Shown: piece after piece, positions 49,230-58,609 of the stretch | Position numbering within the stretch: position 1 is the first letter of the stretch | Layout of the letters: the number at the start of each line of letters is the position of its first letter | Assembly: GCA_030610855.1 (NCBI GenBank) | Contig: JAUWQY010000003.1 | Location: forward strand, 9,743-73,742 | Reading direction: 5' to 3' | Length of the DNA stretch: 64,000 bases | DNA from: Dehalococcoidia bacterium | Lineage (GTDB): Bacteria; Chloroflexota; Dehalococcoidia; GIF9; AB-539-J10 | The notes under the pieces: model-generated | What the model was told of the DNA's origin: nothing | Seen by the model: the letters and a program-made list of their open reading frames with translations, nothing else | Databases searched by the model: none | Made by a program: the position numbers and the translations under genes

Positions 49230-51335
49230 CTAAATCAGGCCTTCAAAATGCGTCAGTACCGGGGCCAGCATGAGCGCGATCACGGACATCAGCTTGAGCA
49301 TTATGTTCAACGACGGTCCGGCAGTATCCTTCATGGGATCGCCCACTGTATCCCCACAGACACTGGCTTTATGAGCCGCTGAGCCCTTGCCGCCGAATTT
49401 CCCCGCCTCAATCCATTTCTTGGCATTGTCCCACGCGCCACCGGCGTTGTTCAGTGTGACGGCAAGTATAAAACCGGTAACCAGCGCGCCGATAAGAAAG
49501 CCGGCGAGGGCGTATTTGCCCAGAACTATTCCTACAATCACGGGCGCGATTATCGCCATTAGAGAAGGAAGCAGCATTTGCCTCAATGCTATTCTGGTGG
49601 CAATATCCACGCACTTGCCGTATTCGGGCCTGACCGTCCCCTCCATCAAGCCCTTTATCTCGCGCCACTGCCGGCGGACTTCATCTATGATTGCCGCCGT
49701 GGTTACACCCACTGCCTTCATGGTCATGGCACAGAAGACGGGAGGCATAAGGGCGCCTAGAAACAAGCCGACGATAACAGGCACACTTAACAGGCTCAGT
49801 GCCGGAGGCAGTATCAACTCGCCCGCGGATGAGACTGTCACTATGCCGACAGCCATAGAGAAGGCCAGAATCAAGCCCAGTGAGTTCATGGCAGCAGCAC
49901 CGATGGCGAATCCCTTACCTGTGGCTGCCGTCGTATTGCCCAGAGAATCTAAAGCATCGGTCCGCTCGCGCACCTCGTCCGGCAATCCCGCCTGGGTCGC
50001 TATACCTCCGGCGTTGTCAGCTATAGGTCCGTAAGCGTCGGTAGCCAGCGTCACGCCCAGGGTAGACAACATGCCGACACAGGCCAGGGCCACACCGTAA
50101 AAACTGCCGAACTGGAAGGCTACGGCAATCGCTGTGGCTATCAAGAGCACCGGTGGCCATGTGCTCATCAGGCCGGTGGCAAAGCCTCGAATTACGGTAG
50201 CACCGGCACCGGTAGTGGAGGCTTCGGAGATTTCTTGCGTTGGCTTGAAGGCGTAAGAGGTGAAGTAGTTCGTGCTTTCCCCTATCAAGGCACCGGCTAC
50301 AAGGCCGGCGAGCATGGCCCAGAAGAGACCCAGACTGGCATCCATGAAATGAATCACGAGAAAGCCAAAGACTGCTGCCAGTATCGTGGCGCCAAGAGTG
50401 CCACGGCGCAAAGCGCCCAGGAGGGCCGCCATTTCCACTTTCTCTCCTATTCTGACCAGGAAACAGCCGATCACGGAGGCCAGAATCCCCCCCGCCATGA
50501 TTAGAAGAGGCAGCCACCAGGCACGTTGCAGGGCAACCTGCTCTGACACTGCCGGACTGGGAAACAGTATTCCCTTAACCCACGGCGCTACCATAACGCC
50601 AACGGTGGTGAGCGCCATGGTGGCAATAATGGTTTGCACATAGGATTCAAAGAGGTCGCCGCCCATGCCGCACACATCGCCGACGTTATCGCCCACATTG
50701 TCAGCTATGACGGCCGCATTCCTGGGGTCGTCCTCCGGTATCCCGGCCTCCACCTTGCCCACCAGATCGGAACCGGCATCCGCCCCTTTAGTGAAGATCC
50801 CGCCGCCGACCCTGGCAAAAAGAGCTACCAGTGAAGCACCGGTGCCGTAGGCGGGAATGATAAACAGGAATTGGAAGTCAGGGAGATCATGCCACACGAA
50901 GTAGAGTATGGATAACCCTATGAGACCCACGCTCACCACTGTCAGTCCCATAACTGCCCCGCCCCTGAACGAAACCCTCAGTCCCTGGTTGAGGCTCTTC
51001 TGTGCTGCGGCGCAAGTCCGGCCATTGGTCCTGAGCGCCATATTCATGCCGGCATATCCGGCACCCATAGAGCATATGGCGCCAAAGATGAACGCTACCG
51101 ATACTCTCCAGCCCAAAGCCGGGACAACTGCCAGAACAACGGCTATTACGGCCACCACAATGCCTAATGTGCGATACTCCCTGTGGATAAAGGCAAGCCC
51201 CCCCTCTTTGATGGCACCAGAGATCTCCTTAATCCTCTCCGACCCCGGGTCCTGGCGCAGAACGTAGCGTGCGAAGTATGCGACCACACCTGCACTCACA
51301 AGCCCCGCGATTATACAGATCCAGACTAAGTCCAT
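49230..51335 (-). CDS. hppA: Membrane pyrophosphatase, K+-dependent, probably Na+-pumping
   Basis: GGGIFTK, DNVGDNVGD, DLFESY, GNTTAA, GDTVGDP.KDT. Confidence 0.93.
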   Translation of the reverse strand: MDLVWICIIAGLVSAGVVAYFARYVLRQDPGSERIKEISGAIKEGGLAFIHREYRTLGIVVAVIAVVLAVVPALGWRVSVAFIFGAICSMGAGYAGMNMALRTNGRTCAAAQKSLNQGLRVSFRGGAVMGLTVVSVGLIGLSILYFVWHDLPDFQFLFIIPAYGTGASLVALFARVGGGIFTKGADAGSDLVGKVEAGIPEDDPRNAAVIADNVGDNVGDVCGMGGDLFESYVQTIIATMALTTVGVMVAPWVKGILFPSPAVSEQVALQRAWWLPLLIMAGGILASVIGCFLVRIGEKVEMAALLGALRRGTLGATILAAVFGFLVIHFMDASLGLFWAMLAGLVAGALIGESTNYFTSYAFKPTQEISEASTTGAGATVIRGFATGLMSTWPPVLLIATAIAVAFQFGSFYGVALACVGMLSTLGVTLATDAYGPIADNAGGIATQAGLPDEVRERTDALDSLGNTTAATGKGFAIGAAAMNSLGLILAFSMAVGIVTVSSAGELILPPALSLLSVPVIVGLFLGALMPPVFCAMTMKAVGVTTAAIIDEVRRQWREIKGLMEGTVRPEYGKCVDIATRIALRQMLLPSLMAIIAPVIVGIVLGKYALAGFLIGALVTGFILAVTLNNAGGAWDNAKKWIEAGKFGGKGSAAHKASVCGDTVGDPMKDTAGPSLNIMLKLMSVIALMLAPVLTHFEGLI

Positions 51336-51470
51336 AGCTCTCCTTCCTATGCGGGCATAGAATTAGGGCACTCAAGTAGAGTCCGGGTGCCCCTGTTTCG
51401 GTCTGCCGCAATATGCATGCTGGAGGTCTAAGTGTAATACAGAAGGCTCTACCCGTCAACGAAAGCGTTA

Positions 51471-51500
51471 TTGACCCCTGGTCGGGGTGCGATGTAAAAT
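51471..51500 (+). promoter_or_regulatory. Putative sigma70 promoter
   Basis: TTGACC-N18-TAAAAT. Confidence 0.45.
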
Positions 51501-51642
51501 CAGGCGTGAAAGTGAAGAGAGACAGCCCGAAGCTCGCGGTAGACTTCAGGAAGCAACGGTCGGAAGATGCCGGAGATAATCAATGGTGGTTGGTTGTCCT
51601 CCTGCGAGTGTCGGTTCCTAGATAGCTGATAAAGGAGGCGAA

Positions 51643-52785
51643 ATGGATTTTGGATTCACCGAGGAACAGAAGATGTTCCAGACGATGGTGCGGGATTTCT
51701 GTGCCCGCGAAATCGAACCCTACGCTGCCAAATGGGATGAGACCGACAAGTTCCCACACGAGACTTACAGGAGAATGGCCGAGGCAGGGCTATGCGGTGT
51801 TCACTTCCCTGAGAAATATGGAGGAAGCGGCGATGAGGTAACCTTCACTATAGCCAGCGAGGAGATTTCGCGCGCCTCTGCCGGGTTGGGTGTGGCATAT
51901 CTTGTCAGCCTCGGCCTGGGCATGTATCCCGTGGTCATGCACGGAAGTGAGCAGCACAAGAGTCACTACATTCCCCGTGTAATCAACGGGTCGGTAGTGG
52001 CTTTCGGCTTGACAGAGGCCATGGCCGGCAGTGATGTTGCTGCTCTGGAGACCAAATATGGCCGGCAGGGAGATTACTATGTGCTTAACGGCACCAAGAT
52101 TTTCATAAGCAATGCTGCTGAAGCCGATTTCGTAACTACCTTTGCTACCAAAGACAAATCCCTGGGCTACCGCGGCATCAGTGCCTTCGTCGTAGATAAA
52201 GGTGCTAAAGGCTTCTCCGTAGGCAAGATAGAGAAGAAGATGGGACTGCACCCCGCTTCGGTAGCTGAGCTTATCTTCGACGATTGTAAGATACCCGTCG
52301 CCAACATGCTGGGCGAGGAGGGGAGAGGCTTCAAGATAGCTCTGGAAGGCATAGACGCCAGCAGGGTCAGCATAGCCTCTCAGGCGCTGGGGATTGCTCA
52401 AGCTGCCTATGATGCGGCCGTGGCCTATGCTAAGGAAAGGAAGCAGTTCGGTGCCGAACTCGCGCGCCTGCAAGCAATCCAGTGGATGATTGCCGATATG
52501 GCTACGGAGATAGACGCGGCGCGGTTGCTGACCTACAGGGCTGCCTGGCTAACCAAGAAAGAAGGGCACGCTCCTCCCAAGGAAGCAGCAATGGCCAAGC
52601 TTTTTGCCTCTGAGGCGGCTCACAGGGTCTGCCACAAAGCTGTTCAGATATTCGGCGGCTATGGCTATACCAGGGACTTTCCCGTCGAGCGCTACTACCG
52701 TGACCAGAGAATAACCGAGATTTACGAAGGGACATCGGAGATGCAGAGGTGGACGATTGCCCGCCAGGTGTTGGGCACAAAGTAG
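51643..52785 (+). CDS. Acyl-CoA dehydrogenase (short/branched-chain type)
   Basis: FGLTE..AGSD, NGTKIFISN, QIFGGYGY, IYEGTSE. Confidence 0.95.
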   Translation: MDFGFTEEQKMFQTMVRDFCAREIEPYAAKWDETDKFPHETYRRMAEAGLCGVHFPEKYGGSGDEVTFTIASEEISRASAGLGVAYLVSLGLGMYPVVMHGSEQHKSHYIPRVINGSVVAFGLTEAMAGSDVAALETKYGRQGDYYVLNGTKIFISNAAEADFVTTFATKDKSLGYRGISAFVVDKGAKGFSVGKIEKKMGLHPASVAELIFDDCKIPVANMLGEEGRGFKIALEGIDASRVSIASQALGIAQAAYDAAVAYAKERKQFGAELARLQAIQWMIADMATEIDAARLLTYRAAWLTKKEGHAPPKEAAMAKLFASEAAHRVCHKAVQIFGGYGYTRDFPVERYYRDQRITEIYEGTSEMQRWTIARQVLGTK

Positions 52786-52799
52786 AGGAGTTGACGACC

Positions 52800-54479
52800 A
52801 TGTTTACGGAGAAAACTCTGCAAGAGGTGCGGGAGGGTAAGAAGCGGTGGGAGAAAGAAGTAGAGAAGGCTAGACGGCAGAAGCCTGAGAGGAAACAACG
52901 GTTCTCCACCGGTTCCGATTCTGAGATAAAGGGGATTTACACCCCGGACGATATCAAGGAGCTTGATTTTGCCAGAGATATTGGCTATCCCGGTATCTTC
53001 CCGTTTACCAGGGGATGCCAGCCCACAATGTACCGGGGACGAGAGTGGACTTTCCGCATGTTTTCCGGAATGGGCAGTGCCGAGGATACTAACAGAAGAT
53101 GGCATCACCTGCTTAAGGAAGGCGAGACGGGGCTGAGCACTGCCTTCGACTTCCCGACGCTGATGGGGTACGATACCGATTCGCCTCGAGCCCGCGGTGA
53201 ATGTGGGAGATGCGGCGTGGCGATCGACACTCTCAGGGATTTCGAGATTCTGACTCACGGCATTCCCCTGGACGGTGTCACTACCTCTATGACCATTAAT
53301 CCCCCTGCCCTCGTACTATGGGCAATGTACCTGGGTGTTGCCGACAAATCGGGCATAAACTGGGATAGAATCGGGGGCACGATTCAGAACGATATGCTAA
53401 AGGAATTCATCGCCCAGAAGACGTTCATGCTCCCGCCTGAGCCGTCGATCAGACTGATAAGCGACGCCGTCGAGTTCGGCACCGAGCATGTTCCCCTGTG
53501 GAATACCATAAGCATCAGCGGCTACCACATTCGGGAGGCAGGCTCCACCGCTATCCAGGAGTTGGCTTTTACCCTGGCCGACGGGATAGCCTATGTCCAG
53601 GACGTCATCGAAAGAAAGAAGCTGGATGTTGACTCTTTTGCCCCTCGTCTTTCCTTCTTCTTCAACTCTCATCTCGATTTCTTTGAGGAGATTGCCAAGT
53701 TCAGAGCAGCGAGAAGGATGTGGGCCAGGATCATGAGAGACAGGTTCAAGGCCAAGAATCCTCGGTCCTGGTGGATGAGGTTCCATACTCAGACGGCAGG
53801 TTGTTCTCTAACCGCCCAGCAGCCCTACAATAATATTATAAGGACTACCACTGAAGCCCTGGCCGCGGTCCTGGGCGGAACGCAGTCTCTCCACACCAAC
53901 GCTCTCGATGAGACGCTGGCTCTGCCCTCTGAATTCGCCGCCACCATTGCGCTGCGCACCCAGCAAGTTATCGCCGATGAAATAGGCGTCACCAACGCCA
54001 TCGACCCCCTGGCGGGCTCCTATTTTGTGGAGTCGTTGACGAGTCAGCTAGAGGAGAAGGCCTGGGAGTACATCAACAAGATAGATGACATGGGCGGCAT
54101 GCTTGCTGCCATTGACAGAGGTTTCCCCCAAATGGAGATTGCCGATGCGGCCTATCATTATCAGAAGCAGATAGATGACGCAGAGAAGGTCGTGGTCGGG
54201 GTGAACAAATATGTTACTAAGAAAGAGGCTCCTGCCGAGATACTGAAGGTTGATGAAGGGGTTGAGGAAAGGCAGAGTGCCCGGCTGAAGGAAGTAAAAG
54301 CGGCGAGGGATAACCGCAAGGTGGCTCAAATCCTGAGCGACCTTCGCGCTGCTTCCAGGACGGACAAGAACCTGATGCCTTACGTGATAGCGGCGGTCAA
54401 GGAGTACGCTACTGAGCAGGAGATCTGTGATGTGTGGAGAGACATCTTCGGGGTGTATCGAGACCCGGGATACTATTAG
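52800..54479 (+). CDS. B12-dependent acyl-CoA mutase large subunit, isobutyryl-CoA-mutase-like
   Basis: PFTRG, WTFRMFSG, QNDMLKEFIAQ, SISGYHIRE, SLHTN. Confidence 0.9.
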   Translation: MFTEKTLQEVREGKKRWEKEVEKARRQKPERKQRFSTGSDSEIKGIYTPDDIKELDFARDIGYPGIFPFTRGCQPTMYRGREWTFRMFSGMGSAEDTNRRWHHLLKEGETGLSTAFDFPTLMGYDTDSPRARGECGRCGVAIDTLRDFEILTHGIPLDGVTTSMTINPPALVLWAMYLGVADKSGINWDRIGGTIQNDMLKEFIAQKTFMLPPEPSIRLISDAVEFGTEHVPLWNTISISGYHIREAGSTAIQELAFTLADGIAYVQDVIERKKLDVDSFAPRLSFFFNSHLDFFEEIAKFRAARRMWARIMRDRFKAKNPRSWWMRFHTQTAGCSLTAQQPYNNIIRTTTEALAAVLGGTQSLHTNALDETLALPSEFAATIALRTQQVIADEIGVTNAIDPLAGSYFVESLTSQLEEKAWEYINKIDDMGGMLAAIDRGFPQMEIADAAYHYQKQIDDAEKVVVGVNKYVTKKEAPAEILKVDEGVEERQSARLKEVKAARDNRKVAQILSDLRAASRTDKNLMPYVIAAVKEYATEQEICDVWRDIFGVYRDPGYY

Positions 54480-54574
54480 ATCTTAGCTCAAATGGCTTCC
54501 CTCTCCCACGACGGGAGAGGGCGAGGTCAGGACGCGATTAACAGAAAGGGCGACTAAGCGAAGGTGAAGACATT

Positions 54575-54985
54575 ATGGCAAACTCAGGAAGAAAGATAAG
54601 GATTCTGGTGGCCAAGCCCGGCCTGGATGGGCATGACCGCGGGGCGAGGGTCATAGCCAGGGCATTCCGGGATGCCGGGTTTGAGGTGGTGTATACCGGC
54701 CTGCATCAGACGCCGGAGCAGATTGTCGCTGCCGCTCTGCAAGAGGACGTTGACCTCATCGGGTTGAGCTGTCTCTCCGGAGCTCATATGCACTTGTTTG
54801 GGCGGGTGATCGAGTTGCTCAAGGAAAACAAAGTAGACGATGTGAAGGTTATCGTCGGCGGCATCATTCCTGAAGAAGACATCCCCAAACTCAAGAAACT
54901 CGGAATCAAAGAAGTATTCTTGCCCGGGACGGCGCTTGAGAAGATAGTAGGCTGGGTGAGAGACAACGTAAGTCCGCGTTGCTAA
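54575..54985 (+). CDS. Acyl-CoA mutase cobalamin-binding small subunit
   Basis: [23 protein letters not shown]. Confidence 0.95.
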   Translation: MANSGRKIRILVAKPGLDGHDRGARVIARAFRDAGFEVVYTGLHQTPEQIVAAALQEDVDLIGLSCLSGAHMHLFGRVIELLKENKVDDVKVIVGGIIPEEDIPKLKKLGIKEVFLPGTALEKIVGWVRDNVSPRC

Positions 54986-55031
54986 AGCTGAACTCATAGC
55001 GCAACCCGTTTTCCTGTCTACCACCTGATAC

Positions 55032-55087
55032 CGGGGATGGAGCACCCAATTAGTAGCAGGCGTAATTGGTATGGTGTCCCTAGAATT
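55032..55087. repeat. REP-like palindrome, left edge of the island
   Basis: gggga..ccaatta-N-taattggtatggtgtccc. Confidence 0.6.
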
Positions 55088-55156
55088 GGAAGTTATAATG
55101 GGAGATTATTTGATTATTGTATTACTCTATTTATAGCTATGTACTTGCTTTACGAC

Positions 55157-55185
55157 TTGACTTATGAATTAGAATGGATTATCAT
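55157..55185 (+). promoter_or_regulatory. Sigma70 promoter of the island operon
   Basis: TTGACT-N17-TATCAT. Confidence 0.55.
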
Positions 55186-55220
55186 ATTACTTAGATTATA
55201 ATTAGAGGGGGACTCAATGA

Positions 55221-55673
55221 ATGGAGAATAGAATGGTAGGTAATCTCAAGCAAAAAATTATTGAGGAAATGACGGTTGACTATGCTAACGCTCTTGAGAA
55301 GAACTTTAGTTTAGCAAAGCAACTGACTCGAATCACCAAAGACGGCAAGGTTGATGTTATTGTGAAGGATAAACTGACTGGGAAAGAGAACATACTTTTG
55401 TATCTCATAGGTAAACTGTACGCTAAAGAAGCTGAATTGACTGCGACGAACGATGTTGGAAACCAAGAATTGATGGATGAGTTGGGAGTTCCTAAAGGTT
55501 CTCTATTTCCCTGGCTTAAAGACCTTCGAGAAGAGAACAAGATAAATCCGATTACTAGAGGCAAATACACTTATCATGCTATCGCTCTGAATGTTCTAGA
55601 AAAGACACTGAAGGAAATAATCAAGAAAGTGAATAAGGAGGGCAAAGAGGATGTCAGTCGAAGAAATGCTTGA
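55221..55673 (+). CDS. Hypothetical winged-helix-like protein
   Basis: ELMDELGVPKGSLFPWLKDL...RGKY. Confidence 0.7.
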   Translation: MENRMVGNLKQKIIEEMTVDYANALEKNFSLAKQLTRITKDGKVDVIVKDKLTGKENILLYLIGKLYAKEAELTATNDVGNQELMDELGVPKGSLFPWLKDLREENKINPITRGKYTYHAIALNVLEKTLKEIIKKVNKEGKEDVSRRNA

Positions 55674-56061
55674 CGCTATAAAAAGTCAATTAGAGAACCA
55701 CGAGAAGAGAATAGCCTATTTAGAAACGAGACCTGAGGATAAGGGGGGGACTACAACCAAGAAACTTTCAATCAGGGAAATTTTCATATCCAAGAAACCA
55801 AAAACAGATGTAGACAAAACACTTGTGGTTGGTTACTATCTTGAAAACTTCCAAAACTGCACTTCGTTTAATATTTCTGATATTGAAGTTGGATTTAGGT
55901 CAGCAAAAGAACCTCCTCCTATAAATATCAATGATGCAGTCAACAAGAACATCCGTAAGGGATTCATTATGAGTGCCTATGAGAAAAAGAACAATAAGCA
56001 AGCATGGGTTTTAACCAATTTGGGTATACAATACGTAGATAATGATTTGAAGAAGCAGTAA
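55651..56061 (+). CDS. Hypothetical protein, coiled coil plus winged-helix-like domain
   Basis: NINDAVNKNIRKGFI...WVLTNLGIQYV; AAGGAGG upstream. Confidence 0.7.
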   Translation: MSVEEMLDAIKSQLENHEKRIAYLETRPEDKGGTTTKKLSIREIFISKKPKTDVDKTLVVGYYLENFQNCTSFNISDIEVGFRSAKEPPPININDAVNKNIRKGFIMSAYEKKNNKQAWVLTNLGIQYVDNDLKKQ

Positions 56062-56065
56062 CATT

Positions 56066-56848
56066 ATGGAATCTAGCATTCTGAGAAGATTCGCAAGAGC
56101 AGATGCCAGCGACCTTCCTCCGTTTGAGGATTGTCAAAGCATTATCCAACAAACGCTTTGGGTGTTATGGGTAGGAAAAGATAAACTGAAACAGAGAAGG
56201 ATGAGCACTGAACAAGTATCTTCAATACTCAGAGAAGTCAAAGAGGTTAGTATAAGACCAGCAAGTATAACTCAGGCTCTTAATAGAGCGGGTGACAAGA
56301 TTCATTGTTATCGGGATGGCGTGCAGATTTTTTACGAAATAATGAAATCTGGCAAAGACTACTTAATGCCCCTGAAACCACAAGGTACGTTGGAAGTATT
56401 TTACTTTGAACCTGGACAAAGATATTCAAGTAAAAGGATTTTAGTAACAGGAATCTTAGAGTCACTTACAGGTGAACTAAGAATTGTAGACCCTTATTGT
56501 GGGGAGAGAACTCTTGATGTCATCAAGGACGTGAAAGCCAGACCAATCAAATTCTTAACTAAGCTAGTAAACATTACAAACGTGAATGCGAGAAAAAGGC
56601 TATTGCGTGAACTTGAGGATTTCAAGACTGAGAATGCGGATATTGAATTTAGAGATTATCCACACAAAGACCTACATGATAGGTATATCATTTCCCCCAC
56701 CTCCCTTGTCTTGTTAGGACATAGTATGAAGAACTTGGGAGCGAAAGAGTCTTTTGCTATTGTATTGAATGAAGCCAGCAGTAAAAATATTTACGAAGCA
56801 TTAAGTGAGAATTTTGATAGAAGGTGGAAGCAGTCAAATACGTTCTAG
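56066..56848 (+). CDS. Winged-helix-like plus PLD-like (MIT_C-type, HDR motif) protein
   Basis: IVDPY...LHDRYII...LGHSMKNLG. Confidence 0.65.
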   Translation: MESSILRRFARADASDLPPFEDCQSIIQQTLWVLWVGKDKLKQRRMSTEQVSSILREVKEVSIRPASITQALNRAGDKIHCYRDGVQIFYEIMKSGKDYLMPLKPQGTLEVFYFEPGQRYSSKRILVTGILESLTGELRIVDPYCGERTLDVIKDVKARPIKFLTKLVNITNVNARKRLLRELEDFKTENADIEFRDYPHKDLHDRYIISPTSLVLLGHSMKNLGAKESFAIVLNEASSKNIYEALSENFDRRWKQSNTF

Positions 56849-56857
56849 CGGATGATA

Positions 56858-57049
56858 ATGGATACCAATGTTCTTTACTATAGCGATAACCTAGAAATCC
56901 TGCGGAAATATAGCACTGACAGTTCAATTGACCTGATTTACCTTGACCCACCGTTCAACAGCAAGGCAACCTACAATGTGCTTTTCAAAGAACCAACAGG
57001 TGAACCATCTCAAGCACAAATAACCGCTTTTGAAGACACTTGGCATTGA
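56858..57049 (+). pseudogene. N-terminal fragment of a beta-class adenine DNA methyltransferase
   Basis: LYYSDNLEIL, IDLIYLDPPFNS, AFEDTWH then stop; motif I half absent. Confidence 0.85.
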
Positions 57050-57072
57050 AGTGAAGAGGCTGGTCACTATAG

Positions 57073-58041
57073 TCACCTTCTAGCCACGATTCGAGCTTCG
57101 GCTTCCTTCAGAGCTTTTTCGTAATCCTCTCGCAGAAGCTTCCTCATCATTTTCTCCATCATCTTGACAGGTATAGGCGTCTGTGCAGCCATACTCATTA
57201 CAAAACTGTCAGGCCAGGGGTGATTTACCATAGGATGACTGAGCCATTTATTTATTTCGTTCTCATCTACCGTCTCCATAACTCGAAATGCTCCAGAGTA
57301 GAATGGGTAGGCTTTGTATCGAAGCATGTTGATTTCAGCCTGAGAGAGTCCCTTTCCACGTGCAAGGCGAGTGACCATGAAGCTACTTTGCATCTTGCAC
57401 ATTTCATCTAGGATTTCAGCATCAGAGATGTCAGGCTTAGGCTTATCTTCAATTGCTGTGTTGAGTTCAAATGTCATTAAATCGGACTTGCAGTAGGGGC
57501 ATATATTTCTGTGCGTTTCCCAAACATACAAGCGCCGTCCGCAACATTGGCAGTACAATTCCATTAGGCCTGACCATTCTCGTGTTTGATTGAAGTGCGC
57601 TACTACCTGCTTGACTAAGGTTATCATGTTTCGGTTTAGTTCCCGAAAAGTGGCATCATCAAGCTCACTCAGTCTAGCTAGGTCACCACTAGGTGGTATG
57701 ATGCGTGTACTCCCTAAAACAGGTCCACCCACATAAAGAGCAAGGTCATATGTCGGCCAGACCAAGTGTGAAAAGCGTTCATACCAAATCTTACGGTTGT
57801 AACTTCGCACATCCCATTGGGTTATTGCCTGTCCTTCCCTACCCCAAGCATCAAAGTAGCTTCTATGTATGCCCCCTGCTTGTAGACGTCCTTGTCCTCC
57901 TGCGTAGTGTAATTGAACATACAATCCAAGTTCGTTTAACCAACTGCGTGTAACTAGAGGGAGGTTCAGTTTAATAGTCCCGGCCCATCCTAGTAAATCT
58001 AGCAGTAATTCAGTGTCTTCTACTTTAGGTACTTGAGCCAT
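57073..58041 (-). CDS. Hypothetical protein with internal zinc ribbon
   Basis: 322-aa ORF; CQCC..CPYC. Confidence 0.65.
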   Translation of the reverse strand: MAQVPKVEDTELLLDLLGWAGTIKLNLPLVTRSWLNELGLYVQLHYAGGQGRLQAGGIHRSYFDAWGREGQAITQWDVRSYNRKIWYERFSHLVWPTYDLALYVGGPVLGSTRIIPPSGDLARLSELDDATFRELNRNMITLVKQVVAHFNQTREWSGLMELYCQCCGRRLYVWETHRNICPYCKSDLMTFELNTAIEDKPKPDISDAEILDEMCKMQSSFMVTRLARGKGLSQAEINMLRYKAYPFYSGAFRVMETVDENEINKWLSHPMVNHPWPDSFVMSMAAQTPIPVKMMEKMMRKLLREDYEKALKEAEARIVARR

Positions 58042-58099
58042 TATTCTTAAGAGATAAGTGTAGGTCTTACCATGTGTGCTGTCAATATTGTCTAGGGAT

Positions 58100-58161
58100 T
58101 ATTCTGGGGACATAATACCTGATTTATGTTAGGCCTAATTGATATGGTGTCCCTGGGATTT
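58100..58161. repeat. REP-like palindrome, right edge of the island
   Basis: ctggggaca...taattgatatggtgtccctgg; 26/30 identical to the left copy. Confidence 0.65.
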
Positions 58162-58253
58162 CACTAGCCATCGCCGTTGAGGCTGACGTCACGGCGCGGA
58201 ACCCTCTTCTTGTTTACCAAGCATGATATTTGAGGTAAAATAGATTTGGTTTT

Positions 58254-58328
58254 GCGGGAGTAACTCAGTGGTAGAGTTCCTGCCTTCCAAGCAGGGTGTC
58301 GCGGGTTCGAGTCCCGTCTCCCGCTCCA
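58254..58328 (+). tRNA. tRNA-Gly(TCC)
   Basis: CCTGC-CT TCC AA-GCAGG, encoded CCA. Confidence 0.97.
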
Positions 58329-58376
58329 CGTAAGTCTGGCTGCCATGACAATGAACCCCGTCACGGGCGGAAGAAC

Positions 58377-58448
58377 GGGCTCGTAGCTCAGTGGCAGAGC
58401 GGCCGGCTCATAACCGGTTGGTCGCAGGTTCGAACCCTGCCGAGCCCA
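58377..58448 (+). tRNA. tRNA with CAT anticodon, probably Ile2 (lysidine) rather than Met
   Basis: GCCGG-CT CAT AA-CCGGT; paired 1:72 and no GGG/CCC initiator stem; CCA not encoded. Confidence 0.9.
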
Positions 58449-58541
58449 CTGCTCAGCAAGGTGGCCACCGGCAGCTGAAGGAACTCCCGGCGCCACCGGC
58501 TTCTTCCCGCGAGAGAGTGCAGATTCGCTCAGGACGGAGAT

Positions 58542-58569
58542 TTGACAATAGCCCGAGCTAGTGTATAAT
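58542..58569 (+). promoter_or_regulatory. Sigma70 promoter of the fatty-acid cluster
   Basis: TTGACA-N16-TATAAT. Confidence 0.7.
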
Positions 58570-58609
58570 TTACTATACATAGTTATCCGATGTACTGAGA
58601 GCCGGTCAA

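Noticed and set aside
51501-51635. Cobalamin riboswitch before the mutase operon
   Set aside because: Conserved GGGAA..CGGTG..TCCG and ACTG..GGGAAG elements not found
54499-54530. ccctctccc/gggagaggg hairpin as a terminator
   Set aside because: No U-tract and it lies between mutase subunits; more likely a short palindromic repeat remnant
25280-54985. Numerous opposite-strand and alternate-frame ORFs
   Set aside because: Shadows of well-supported housekeeping genes, with no motifs
58164-58580. ORFs spanning the tRNA genes
   Set aside because: Shadow translations of tRNA-Gly and the CAT-anticodon tRNA
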